The notes under the pieces: model-generated
What the model was told of the DNA's origin: nothing
Databases searched by the model: none
What the model saw: only the letters and a program-made list of their open reading frames with translations
Source of the DNA: Candidatus Adlerbacteria bacterium
GTDB taxonomy: Bacteria; Patescibacteriota; Minisyncoccia; Phycocordibacterales; SBAW01
Assembly (NCBI GenBank): GCA_037135035.1
Contig: JBAXLB010000002.1
Span: 71,680 to 135,679, forward strand
Direction: 5' to 3'
Length of the DNA stretch: 64,000 bases
Program-made: the position numbers and the translations under genes
Shown: positions 37,456 through 46,264 of the stretch, piece after piece
How positions within the stretch are numbered: the first letter of the stretch is position 1
Layout of the letters: each line of letters opens with the position of its first letter

Positions 37456-37534
37456 ATTTTCTTGTACCTAACATTGTATTTTTAACTTGGTTTGGTATGT
37501 TGGCCAGTGGCCACAGTCCTTACAGGAGGAGCTC

Positions 37535-37891
37535 ATGTTGTACGAAGTGTCGCCTACACAAGTCCGGGGGTGGGAACACCCTCTTAGCCAAGAGGTGATG
37601 AATATCGCCAAGTCCGGTTCGGACGTTCAAGTTCTGGCTATTCTCGACGAGGTCATCTTCAAGAGCGATTTGTGGACGCCTTTCATTCCGTTGCCGTGTA
37701 CGGCCGATTCTGCCGCGGGCACAACATTGGCGGCAGCTCTTGTTCAGATCAAGAGCACCTACCCAAAAAGTTCGCTCGCTCAAGGCTTCTTCCTGAAGTT
37801 CTGGCGGCCGGAAGCCGATGCAATGGACGCAGCTTTTGTTCGTGGTGTGCGCAGTTCTTACCCGCTGTACCGCGAACTGACGCCGGCATAG
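37535..37891 (+). CDS. Hypothetical protein
   Basis: ORF 37487..37891; likely start MLYEV; overlaps upstream extension of next ORF, so uncertain. Confidence 0.3.
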   Translation: MLYEVSPTQVRGWEHPLSQEVMNIAKSGSDVQVLAILDEVIFKSDLWTPFIPLPCTADSAAGTTLAAALVQIKSTYPKSSLAQGFFLKFWRPEADAMDAAFVRGVRSSYPLYRELTPA

Positions 37892-37953
37892 CATGGTCTC
37901 TTGGCCCGGTGAAATATCCGGGCCTTTTCTTTTTATCTAGTATAGTTGTGGGT

Positions 37954-38940
37954 ATGTTAAAACTTTTTATTGGGCCAGTACTGGTGTCGGTTGTCGCGTT
38001 CGTTGCAACGTATGTGTGGGGCGGAATGGAGGCCTTGGCACTGGTACTTTTTTTGACCGTACTCGAAGTGTCGCTGTCGTTCGACAACGCGGTCGTTAAT
38101 GCTCGTGTGCTTATGCGCATGGACGAAAAATGGCGCAAGCGTTTTTTAACGTGGGGTATGCTTATCGCGGTTGTGGGAACTCGACTTGTATTCCCCGTGT
38201 TGCTTGTGTCGCTTGCAGCCGCTATTTCGCCTGGAGTGCTGCTGATGCTGCTGTTTAGCAACCCGGCAGAGTATGCGCGCTTGGTGGAAGATGCTGCGCC
38301 GGTTATACATGCGCTTGGCGGAGCATTTTTGGCGATGGTAGCGCTCAAATATTTTTTTGACGAAGCAAAGCGGGTGCACTGGATAAGTTTCGTAGAACAG
38401 CGGCTTGTGTCGTGGGGGAAAGTCCAGGCAATCGAAGTTGCGGTTGCTCTGTCTTTGCTGTTGTTGTGTGCGTGGCTTGCACCCGTGCATGCGGCTGTGA
38501 TACTTGGCGCGGGCGCTGTTGGAATTGTCTTGTTCGTATTGATGGAAGGCGTGGTCGACATGCTTGGCACCTCGGGCGCACAGGTTGCAAAACAGGGGTT
38601 TGGATTGTTTATGTACTTAAACGTGTTAGACGCAGCGTTTTCGTTCGACGGCGTAGTTGGTGCATTTACACTAACCTCGGAGTTGCTGATTATTGTCGTG
38701 GGGCTTGGCATCGGTGCGTACTTTGTCCGTTCATTTACCGTGTTGTTGGTAGAAAAAAAGACGCTTGCAACGCTGGTGTACTTGGAACACGGTGCCTACT
38801 GGGCGATAGGGGCGTTGTCGCTATGCATGTTTATAGGTTTGTTTAAGCCGGTACCTGACGCGGTTGCAGGGTCTATTAGTTTGTTGTTTATAGGCGCCGC
38901 GTACCTGTCGTCTTTGCGTGAGCGCCGGAGACAGGTGTAA
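37954..38940 (+). CDS. TerC/DUF475-family integral membrane protein
   Basis: LEVSLSFDNAVVNA motif, 8-9 TM; true start Met at 37954 (MLKLFIGPVLV). Confidence 0.65.
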   Translation: MLKLFIGPVLVSVVAFVATYVWGGMEALALVLFLTVLEVSLSFDNAVVNARVLMRMDEKWRKRFLTWGMLIAVVGTRLVFPVLLVSLAAAISPGVLLMLLFSNPAEYARLVEDAAPVIHALGGAFLAMVALKYFFDEAKRVHWISFVEQRLVSWGKVQAIEVAVALSLLLLCAWLAPVHAAVILGAGAVGIVLFVLMEGVVDMLGTSGAQVAKQGFGLFMYLNVLDAAFSFDGVVGAFTLTSELLIIVVGLGIGAYFVRSFTVLLVEKKTLATLVYLEHGAYWAIGALSLCMFIGLFKPVPDAVAGSISLLFIGAAYLSSLRERRRQV

Positions 38941-38997
38941 TTACTGGCTCTTAGTGCCGCAGTTTGCTATATATAGGGGACAGCAGGTGCGAAATAT

Positions 38998-39072
38998 GGT
39001 GCTTATGGTGTAACGGTTAACACTCGAGTTTGTGGAACTCGCAATCTGGGTTCGATTCCCAGTAGGCACCCA
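38998..39072 (+). tRNA. tRNA-His (anticodon GTG) with encoded G-1
   Basis: Extra 5' G pairing C73, anticodon stem CGAGT/ACTCG loop TTGTGGA, T-arm GGTTCGATTCC. Confidence 0.85.
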
Positions 39073-39301
39073 CGGTGACAAAATACCTCGGCCATTTGGT
39101 CGGGGTATTTTGCAACGCGAGCGTTTGCCTGGGAATCGAACTGGACCCGAGCCCGCGAAGCGAATAGGCGAGGGCCAGAGGCTTTTTGAGGAGGAGGCGA
39201 CTATGTCGCTTTGTGACAGGAGCCGACGGGCAAAAAGGATTCCCAGTAGGCCTTTCTACTTTTCTCTATTCAGTGCTAGATTAGAATTGTCTTAATTTTC
39301 T

Positions 39302-39775
39302 ATGTCCAAAAAGCCGAAACAAAAATTGCAGGAGTTTGCATTAGTGGTGACCCGTTTTGTGGGTTCGCTCGCGTCTATTGTTGTGCACTCTATTTTATTT
39401 GCCGCAAGCTTTGCTGCGGTGTGGAGCGGGCTAATTACCTTTGACCGGATGCTTTTGGTGCTGACAACAATTGTGTCACTCGAAGCTATCTACCTTTCTA
39501 TTTTTATCCAGATGTCTATTAACTACCAAGCAGCTTCTCTGGAAGAAGTTGAGCATGACATCGACGAGATCCAGGAAGACATCGACGAAATTCAAGAAGA
39601 CGTGGACGAGATCCAGGAGGACGTTGATGAGATTCAGGAAGATGTCGAAGAGATGACCGAAGACGAAAAGGAAGAAGAGGAGTTGCACGCAGGCCAGAAA
39701 AAAACATTGGAAGAAATCCAGGTGGGTTTGAAAAAGCTTATCACCGACATCGAACACTTACAAAATAAACAGTAA
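39302..39775 (+). CDS. DUF1003-like membrane protein with acidic DIDEIQED tandem repeats
   Basis: Two TM helices then 4.x tandem 8-aa acidic repeats and coiled-coil tail. Confidence 0.55.
   Translation: MSKKPKQKLQEFALVVTRFVGSLASIVVHSILFAASFAAVWSGLITFDRMLLVLTTIVSLEAIYLSIFIQMSINYQAASLEEVEHDIDEIQEDIDEIQEDVDEIQEDVDEIQEDVEEMTEDEKEEEELHAGQKKTLEEIQVGLKKLITDIEHLQNKQ
39557..39655 (+). repeat. In-frame 24-nt tandem repeat (about 4 copies)
   Basis: gacatcgacgagatccaggaagac units with synonymous/conservative variation. Confidence 0.7.
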
Positions 39776-39780
39776 CCACT

Positions 39781-40152
39781 ATGATCAAAGGATTTAGAGA
39801 CTTTATATTGCGCGGCAACGTTGTCGACCTGGCGGTCGGCGTTATGGTTGGTTCGGCGTTTAGTGCCGTGGTCAACTCGCTTGTTAAAGACCTAATGACC
39901 CCGTTTATCGCAGCAGTTGTGCACGAGCCAGATTTTTCTAAAATGATATTTACTATCCGCGGCAGCGAATTTCTCTACGGTGACTTTATCAACGCACTTA
40001 TCTCGTTTTTGATTATTGCAACGACGATTTATTTTTTTGTGGTGTTGCCGGTCAACAAACTGGTCGCACGCTTCCAGGGTACGCCTGAAGTGCAGAAGAA
40101 AAATGCAGAGGTTGTGTTGCTCGAAGAGATCCGCGACTTACTGAAAAAGTAG
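39781..40152 (+). CDS. mscL: Large-conductance mechanosensitive channel MscL
   Basis: MIKGFRDFILRGNVVDLAVGVMVGSAF signature. Confidence 0.85.
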   Translation: MIKGFRDFILRGNVVDLAVGVMVGSAFSAVVNSLVKDLMTPFIAAVVHEPDFSKMIFTIRGSEFLYGDFINALISFLIIATTIYFFVVLPVNKLVARFQGTPEVQKKNAEVVLLEEIRDLLKK

Positions 40153-40178
40153 GGCAGGGCAGTGATATACTGGGCTCT

Positions 40179-40865
40179 ATGTCTGAACATACAAAAATGG
40201 AGATATCTCCGTCGGTCGCGATACTTGTGGCTGGCGTTATTATTGCGGGCGCTATCCTTTTTACAAATAACCGTGCGCCAGCCGCCGCAGGTGTGGCTGC
40301 AGGTACAACAGCGCCTACTACTGTCGACGTGCGTCCGCCCACAGCAGGGGACCATATTGTGGGCTCGCCTACAGCACCCATTGTCTTGATAGAATATTCG
40401 GACTTCCAATGCCCGTTTTGTTCGGTTATCTACCCAACATTGAAAAAAATTGTAACAGAGTCGAACGGCCAAATTGCTTGGGTGTATCGCGAATTCCCAC
40501 TAACGAGTATTCACCCACAAGCAGCACCCGCCGCAAATGCAGCAGAATGTATTGCGGCCCAGCTTGGGAACGCCGGTTTTTGGAAATACACAGACGCAGT
40601 GTTTGCAAACCAACAAGCACTCACTCCCGAATATTCGGCAGGGCTTGCTAAGCAATTTGGTGCCGACCCAGCAAAATATGCCGCGTGTGTTGCGGCGTCA
40701 ACATACCAAAAAGTAATTGACGCAGACACGGCCGAGGCCGAAAGTTTGGGAGGGAACGGCACGCCGTTTACCGTTGTGTTAAATACTAAAACACACAAAG
40801 CACTCCCTGCGTCGGGTGCGCTACCGTACGCGCAGATTATGTCGGTAATAAAGAACGTGCAGTAG
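40179..40865 (+). CDS. DsbA/BdbD-family thiol:disulfide oxidoreductase, membrane-anchored
   Basis: N-terminal TM, CPFC active site in thioredoxin fold (YSDFQCPFCSV). Confidence 0.7.
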   Translation: MSEHTKMEISPSVAILVAGVIIAGAILFTNNRAPAAAGVAAGTTAPTTVDVRPPTAGDHIVGSPTAPIVLIEYSDFQCPFCSVIYPTLKKIVTESNGQIAWVYREFPLTSIHPQAAPAANAAECIAAQLGNAGFWKYTDAVFANQQALTPEYSAGLAKQFGADPAKYAACVAASTYQKVIDADTAEAESLGGNGTPFTVVLNTKTHKALPASGALPYAQIMSVIKNVQ

Positions 40866-40917
40866 CGTCATCACAGCCGATGAAGTTTGCATTAATTATC
40901 TAATTAGTTTTTTTAGT

Positions 40918-41720
40918 ATGGAACTATTTGAAGGTCAAACAGGGCACAGGTTACAACAAGCAGTATGGGTCTCTGTCATATTGCTCGGTGTTTTCTTGGC
41001 AGTGCAAGTTCTTGCGGGTGTTATGGGCTTGCGCTACATCGGTGCGGGTGTCGCTGCGGCAAACACAATTACTGTTTCTGGTCATGGTGAAAATGTCGGC
41101 GTGCCAGACATTGCAACGTTTACTTTTTCGGTAGTGTCCGACAAGCCAACTGTTGATGCTGCACAAACAGATGCAACTACAAAAGCAAATACAACAACTG
41201 CGTACTTGAAGGGCGAAGGGGTGGCAGAAAAAGATATCCAGACATCGGACTACTCGGTACAGCCGCAGTATGACTATGTAAACCAGGCATGTACTGCAAA
41301 CGGCTACTGCCCGGGCGGCAAGCAGGTGTTGCGTGGTTACGAAGTACGCCAGACAACAACAGTAAAAGTCCGCGACACAGCAAAAGCGGGCGCATTGCTT
41401 GCGGGTGTGGGCGGGAAGGGCGCAACAGAGGTAGCGGTTTAAATTTTACGTTTGACGACCCGACTGCGGTGCAGACTGGTGCACGCGACAAAGCAATTGT
41501 TGATGCAAAGCAAAAAGCCGAAGTGTTGGCAAAGCAGCTCGGAGTGTCGCTCGTACGTGTGACTGCATTTAGCGAAAGCAGCGGAGGCAGCTACCCACGG
41601 CCAATGATGTACAGCATGGCAGGCAACCAAGCCATGGATGCTAAGGCAGTAGCGCCAGAAATTTCTGTCGGACAAAACAACGTCACCGACGACGTCTCTG
41701 TCACCTACGAAATCCGGTAA
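40918..41720 (+). pseudogene. SIMPL-domain (YggE/DUF541-like) secreted protein gene interrupted by a -1 frameshift near 41433
   Basis: ORFs 40918..41442 and downstream frame 41430..41720 are contiguous halves of one SIMPL protein (…GATEV | SGLNFTFDDPTAVQTGARDKAIVDAKQKAEVLAK…). Confidence 0.6.
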
Positions 41721-41736
41721 TCAAACTGCATCTTGT

Positions 41737-41768
41737 TCAAAAAAGCCCCCTATTGTGGGGCTTTTTTG
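41737..41768 (+). terminator. Intrinsic terminator
   Basis: aaaaaagccccctattgtggggcttttttg. Confidence 0.7.
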
Positions 41769-41772
41769 TTGC

Positions 41773-41801
41773 TTGACGCAAAGCCCAAATGGCAGTATTA
41801 T
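41773..41801 (+). promoter_or_regulatory. Sigma70-type promoter for secE-nusG-rplK (TTGACG-17-TATTAT)
   Basis: ttgacgcaaagcccaaatggcagtattat. Confidence 0.55.
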
Positions 41802-41852
41802 AGAATGCATATAAGGGCCCGAGAGGGCTTTTAAAAATGCCAAAAAATCTAT

Positions 41853-42023
41853 ATGTTTAACTACTTTAAAGACGTTCGTGCAGAAATGAAGCATGTGTCG
41901 TGGCCAACACGCCGCCAGGCTATTACGTATACCGTTGTGGTTATCGCTATTTCTATTCTCACGGCACTCTACCTCGGTGCATGGGACTATGTGTTTTCGC
42001 TCATCATCAAAAAAGTAATCTAA
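41853..42023 (+). CDS. secE: Preprotein translocase subunit SecE (56 aa)
   Basis: Single C-terminal TM, KDVRAEMKHVSWPTRRQ motif; precedes nusG as conserved. Confidence 0.75.
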   Translation: MFNYFKDVRAEMKHVSWPTRRQAITYTVVVIAISILTALYLGAWDYVFSLIIKKVI

Positions 42024-42046
42024 TTACTCGTTCACTTCACACACCT

Positions 42047-42598
42047 ATGTCAAAACAAGACTCAACAGTTGGGCGAGCATGGTACGCGATACACACGTAC
42101 GCAGGGTACGAAAATGCCGTTGCCCGCAACCTAAAGCAGCGCATCGACTCGCTTGGCCTTACGGACAAAATTTTTAATGTCGTTGTGCCAACAGAGCGCA
42201 CCGTTAAAATTAAAGGTGGCCGCCGCGTGGAAGAGGAAGAAAAGGTGTACCCAGGGTACGTACTTGTGGACATGATAGTAGACGACCAGTCGTGGTTTGT
42301 TGTCCGCAACACTCCCCGCGTGACAGGGTTCGTCGGCTCGGGTGTTAACCCAGTACCCTTGAAGCAGTCGGAAGTCGACACACTCCTTGGCCGCATGCAG
42401 GAGAAGGAAGGTTCCATTAAACATGCAATTGATGTCACTGTTGGCGACTCAGTTGTCATTGTCGACGGGCCGTTTAAAGAGCTCGACGGCAAAGTAGGTG
42501 AGGTGGACGAAAGCCGCGGCAAGATCAAAGTCCTTGTTTCGATGTTTGGCCGCGAAACCCCTGTCGAGCTCGACTTCTTGCAAGTCAAGAGAATTTAA
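42047..42598 (+). CDS. nusG: Transcription termination/antitermination factor NusG
   Basis: WYAIHTYAGYENAV NGN domain, C-terminal KOW; start at MSKQDS. Confidence 0.85.
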   Translation: MSKQDSTVGRAWYAIHTYAGYENAVARNLKQRIDSLGLTDKIFNVVVPTERTVKIKGGRRVEEEEKVYPGYVLVDMIVDDQSWFVVRNTPRVTGFVGSGVNPVPLKQSEVDTLLGRMQEKEGSIKHAIDVTVGDSVVIVDGPFKELDGKVGEVDESRGKIKVLVSMFGRETPVELDFLQVKRI

Positions 42599-42619
42599 CG
42601 TACTATCCCCATTACCTTT

Positions 42620-43042
42620 ATGGCAAAGAAAATAACTAAAAAACTGAAAATTGTAGCGCCGGCCGGCAAGGCAACCCCTGCGCCTCCGCTTGGTACAACC
42701 CTTGGTCCCGCTGGTATTAACATCGGCGAGTTCGTAAAGAAGTTTAATGAGGCAACTCAGGACCGTTTGGGCAGCTTGGTGCCGGTTGAGATCACCATTT
42801 ACGAAGACCGTTCGTACGACTTTGTACTCAAAACCTCACCAGCCTCAAACCTTATTATGAAGAAGCTCGGCCAGGAAAAAGGCTCGGGCAAACCAAACAC
42901 TGCAAAAATAGGTACACTTACCAAGGCGCAGTTGCGTGAAATTGCAGAAGAAAAGATGTCAGACCTTAACGCCAATGACATTGAAGGCGCAATGAAGATC
43001 ATCGCCGGCTCTGCACGTTCAATGGGCGTAGACGTGAAATAA
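42620..43042 (+). CDS. rplK: 50S ribosomal protein L11
   Basis: [35 protein letters not shown] signature. Confidence 0.9.
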   Translation: MAKKITKKLKIVAPAGKATPAPPLGTTLGPAGINIGEFVKKFNEATQDRLGSLVPVEITIYEDRSYDFVLKTSPASNLIMKKLGQEKGSGKPNTAKIGTLTKAQLREIAEEKMSDLNANDIEGAMKIIAGSARSMGVDVK

Positions 43043-43140
43043 TTCACGTCTACGAAGCTTTTGAGAGATTTTTGAGTCTCTGCGAAAGAAATCTCCAAAA
43101 GGTGTACTGTTCCTGTAAGGAATGACGTGAATTATTTCAC

Positions 43141-43205
43141 GTCTACGAGCCGGAGACACGACGGTGTCGAGGCGGGCCCGGCGCAATTTTCCAGCAGGAA
43201 AATAT
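43141..43205 (+). repeat. Structured trailer repeat element, copy C (after rplK)
   Basis: gacacgacggtgtcgaggcgggcccggcg then attttcc-agca-ggaaaat hairpin (43176..43193). Confidence 0.55.
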
Positions 43206-43228
43206 GTGTGGGTTGATGTGAAATAAAA

Positions 43229-43262
43229 AAAGCCGTCCCGAAAGGGGCGGCTTTTGCAATCT
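43229..43262. terminator. Bidirectional intrinsic terminator between convergent rplK and 43261..43911
   Basis: aaaaaaagccgtcccgaaaggggcggcttttg (copy of the 14795 terminator core). Confidence 0.65.
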
Positions 43263-43911
43263 AGGACACAGGAACGTCGTGGCGGAACACAACGACGGTG
43301 CGTTTTACTGCGATGTTATTGATACGGTGCAGTACTTGCTGCGGAGAACCTAAAAAACCTGGTCCGCGCATTAAGAGCAAGTCGCCCGGCTCATTGCGGA
43401 TAGGATGAGTGATGGTTCCCACCCTATCCTCGCACGTGCAGAATTGCCCGTTGCCCTCAAGTACCAACAGGGCAATAAGATTTATTACGCTTACTCCGTC
43501 GTAATGAGGTTCGACGCCAACAGGACCAGGGTCGTATGTCTGGACCGACATCTCGGTAAAACAAAGCGGGCGTGACAAGTGATTAGGAAATACGGTTGAA
43601 AACTTATCGTTCAACCATTCCGCTAGCTCGTCTCGAACCTGCAGGAACATACTACCGTCGGGTAACAGCCCCACCATCTTGAGAGCTTGCTTTACTTTGT
43701 GTGGACCCCACTCTGCAGGCTGCCTTACCATCGCATGCTGCGAAAGTTCGAGAAGTAAGTTGCAACGGACATCTGGTTTGAGAAAGTCGGGAACCGTACC
43801 AGCTCCGTACTTTTTAATATCCTCGACGCAGTTCTCCAAAGCACCCGCCCTATCGTTAAAGCTCGACATCGCTGCCTCCCTGTGGGGAACGTTCTGCCTC
43901 GCACTATACAT
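43261..43911 (-). CDS. Hypothetical protein, possible cupin/Fe(II)-2OG oxygenase-like (HxD...H)
   Basis: PHYDGVS and ITHPIRNEPGDLLLMRGPG segments suggest facial-triad fold; weak. Confidence 0.3.
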   Translation of the reverse strand: MYSARQNVPHREAAMSSFNDRAGALENCVEDIKKYGAGTVPDFLKPDVRCNLLLELSQHAMVRQPAEWGPHKVKQALKMVGLLPDGSMFLQVRDELAEWLNDKFSTVFPNHLSRPLCFTEMSVQTYDPGPVGVEPHYDGVSVINLIALLVLEGNGQFCTCEDRVGTITHPIRNEPGDLLLMRGPGFLGSPQQVLHRINNIAVKRTVVVFRHDVPVS

Positions 43912-44017
43912 TTTTTACACATACTGCACAATAGGAACATGATCTAAGTTTGCTCCACCACAAAACGCCGCTCCATATAGGGGTGGCGTTTTGTATTTAC
44001 CGGGTAACTAAAAAAAT

Positions 44018-44371
44018 ATGGATTATATTCATCTCAATAATTTAAAAATTCGCGGCAAGCACGGAGTATATGAAGAGGAACGCAAAGTAGAACAGGAGTT
44101 CGAATTACATTTAAAGCTCGGTGTGGGGGATACCTCTGCTGCTGCACAAAGTTGTGAGCTTACGGATGCCGTCGACTACGTTCCAATAAAAGCAGAAATA
44201 GAAAAGATAGTTAAAGAAAAAAGCTTCTATCTCATCGAAACACTCGCAGACACTATCTCCAAAAAAGTTATGGAAGACCCGCGCATTCAAACCCTCGAAC
44301 TTACCATAAACAAGCCAGAGGTTTGGAGTAATGTCGTACCAGGGCTGACGATTTTTAGGAGCAGAAATTAA
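44018..44371 (+). CDS. folB: Dihydroneopterin aldolase
   Basis: MDYIHLNNLKIRGKHGVYEEER... Confidence 0.8.
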   Translation: MDYIHLNNLKIRGKHGVYEEERKVEQEFELHLKLGVGDTSAAAQSCELTDAVDYVPIKAEIEKIVKEKSFYLIETLADTISKKVMEDPRIQTLELTINKPEVWSNVVPGLTIFRSRN

Positions 44372-44871
44372 TTTCTCTCAAGCGTTACCCAGGAGTACTT
44401 CAACCCTTCGTGTTCGTGAGCTTCTTCTGAAACTTTTTTTGTGAATTCTGTCTCGTATTCAGGGAAAAAAGTATCTGCATCTTGTGCGTCGTCGATGAGT
44501 GTTAAGTAGAGCCGGTCGACATGGGGGAGCGCTTGTTTGTACAAGTCCGAGCCGCCACCGATATGAATTTCTTCTCCATCAAGCTCGCGGGCTTTTGCGA
44601 GTGCATCTTCAAGAGAGTGAAATACAAGAACGCCTTCATGCTGCCAGTCCGGGTCGCGTGTCACAACAATATTTGTCCGGCCAGGCAAGGGCTTACCCCG
44701 TATCTGCAGAATAGAGTCAAATGTTTTGCGCCCCATGATAACAGGGTGGCCTAAGGTAAGGGCTTTAAAACGTTTCAAGTCTTCTGGGATATACCAGAGT
44801 AGCTTGCCGTTTTTCCCAATCTCTCGGTTTTTACCAATAGCGACAACGATAGAAACGTGGGGTTTTTGCAT
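44368..44871 (-). CDS. folA: Dihydrofolate reductase
   Basis: VSIVVAIGKNREIGKNGKLLWYIPEDLKRFKALTLGHPVIMGRKTF. Confidence 0.85.
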   Translation of the reverse strand: MQKPHVSIVVAIGKNREIGKNGKLLWYIPEDLKRFKALTLGHPVIMGRKTFDSILQIRGKPLPGRTNIVVTRDPDWQHEGVLVFHSLEDALAKARELDGEEIHIGGGSDLYKQALPHVDRLYLTLIDDAQDADTFFPEYETEFTKKVSEEAHEHEGLKYSWVTLERN

Positions 44872-44882
44872 AGTCCGCTTTA

Positions 44883-45434
44883 GTGTACACTAGTCGCATC
44901 ATGCAAGCCCCAAACAAAAAAGTTGTAAAGAATGTTAAAGATTTAAAGGAAAAAATTACAGCCCATAAGACACTTGGGCATAAAATTGTCTGCACTATTG
45001 GTTCATGGGATATGTTACATATTGGCCACCTTCGGTATCTCAATGCAGCAAAGGCAAAGGGGGACATTCTTGTGGTGGGGGTAGACAGCGACCGCGGTAT
45101 AAAGTCATACAAAGGTCCATTGCGCCCGATAATTCCTGAAGATGAACGTATGGAAATGTTGTCGTATCAAGACTGTGTTGACTATGTAACTCTTACCGAC
45201 GACATAGATAGCAAGGGCAGATGGCAGTATGAAATTTTAAAGACTCTTCCGATCGATGTTTTTATTGCAGTTGATGGAAATAGTTACACTGCAGAACAAA
45301 AAAGAACAATAAAGAAATATACAAAACTCGAAGTCTTGCCCCGCCAAGCTCTTAAGACCTCTTCGACAGATATTATCCAAAATGTACTCAAAAATCATTT
45401 GATAGATAAAGTTGGAAGTTTTAAGAAACGCTAA
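44883..45434 (+). CDS. Cytidylyltransferase-fold nucleotidyltransferase (RfaE/HldE domain II-like)
   Basis: IGSWDMLHIGHLRYLNAAKAKGDILVVGVDSD closely matches HxGH...YL...VNSD of heptose-1-P adenylyltransferase domain. Confidence 0.55.
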   Translation: MYTSRIMQAPNKKVVKNVKDLKEKITAHKTLGHKIVCTIGSWDMLHIGHLRYLNAAKAKGDILVVGVDSDRGIKSYKGPLRPIIPEDERMEMLSYQDCVDYVTLTDDIDSKGRWQYEILKTLPIDVFIAVDGNSYTAEQKRTIKKYTKLEVLPRQALKTSSTDIIQNVLKNHLIDKVGSFKKR

Positions 45435-46255
45435 TGGTACGGAATTTAATTTTATATGTTCCGGTCATACATCGGGGGTATATAGATCTTTTTGCTACTC
45501 ATAAAGATGAGATTGGTAGTATCTATCTACTTCCTGACTCATTTACCGAACTTGTTGCTTTAAAACCTGACATTGCGTCTCTCCCAGCAGAGTCAGTTGC
45601 AGCTCTTCTTAATTCCTTTGGATTTAAAACTGTATCAGTCTTTAAAGAATCGGATATTTCTAAATTAGCTGGAGAACCACTAATGCTTATTAATGACCAA
45701 CTTTCGCGTGCTTTAGCTGCTAAATTTTTCCTGCATAGTGACTTGAAATGGGCAGATGTTTTTTTGCGCTGGGACCGCGATTCTGTATTTACCGAGGAAG
45801 ATATCAATATTTCAGTTTCTAAAGATAGTTTTGATGTGCAAACGATCCAACAAGCTCAAATAGAAGCAAAAAAAAGTTCTGACTGGTGGCGGCAAGTAGG
45901 AGCCGTATTAGTAAAAAATTCTGAAATTGTAGATAGGGCATTTAATGAAGCGATGTTTTCTGACCATTCTCCATATCAGCGGGGGGCCGTTAGAGACTCG
46001 CTCCAGCCAGGCGAGCGTCCGGAACTCTCAGATACAATCCACGCCGAACAAAAAATTATTGCAAATGCAGCTAAAAATGGGGTTTCTTTGGAGGGGGCAT
46101 CTCTGTATGTAACACATTTCCCATGCCCTGTATGTGCAAAGCTTATAGTGCATTCAGGTATCAAGAACTGTTATTTTTTACAGGGTTCTTCCTCACTGAA
46201 AGGTAGGGAATTATTAGAAAACGCCGGTGTTAATTTGGCTAGAATAGGACTCTAA
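45434..46255 (+). CDS. dCMP deaminase (ComEB-type) with ~130-aa N-terminal extension
   Basis: HAEQKII...PCPVCAKLIVHSGIKN zinc-binding deaminase motifs in C-terminal half; start overlaps upstream stop. Confidence 0.75.
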   Translation: MVRNLILYVPVIHRGYIDLFATHKDEIGSIYLLPDSFTELVALKPDIASLPAESVAALLNSFGFKTVSVFKESDISKLAGEPLMLINDQLSRALAAKFFLHSDLKWADVFLRWDRDSVFTEEDINISVSKDSFDVQTIQQAQIEAKKSSDWWRQVGAVLVKNSEIVDRAFNEAMFSDHSPYQRGAVRDSLQPGERPELSDTIHAEQKIIANAAKNGVSLEGASLYVTHFPCPVCAKLIVHSGIKNCYFLQGSSSLKGRELLENAGVNLARIGL

Positions 46256-46264
46256 GAGTAAAAT

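Noticed and set aside
37672-37953. N-terminal 94 codons of the 422-aa ORF
   Set aside because: Cys/Arg-rich and overlaps the upstream ORF; the TerC-like membrane protein starts at Met 37954 preceded by a sensible spacer
39032-39295. 87-aa plus-strand ORF
   Set aside because: Overlaps tRNA-His and the repeat/scar region; Arg/Gly-rich translation typical of GC-rich non-coding DNA
41425-41445. Programmed -1 ribosomal frameshift in the SIMPL gene
   Set aside because: No X_XXY_YYZ slippery heptamer or downstream pseudoknot; indel/pseudogene is the simpler explanation
43043-43140. L1-binding autoregulatory leader / remnant rplA
   Set aside because: No ORF with L1 similarity in any frame and the structure seen is a duplicated palindrome rather than the 23S-mimic stem-loop; kept only as a possibility in the rplK finding
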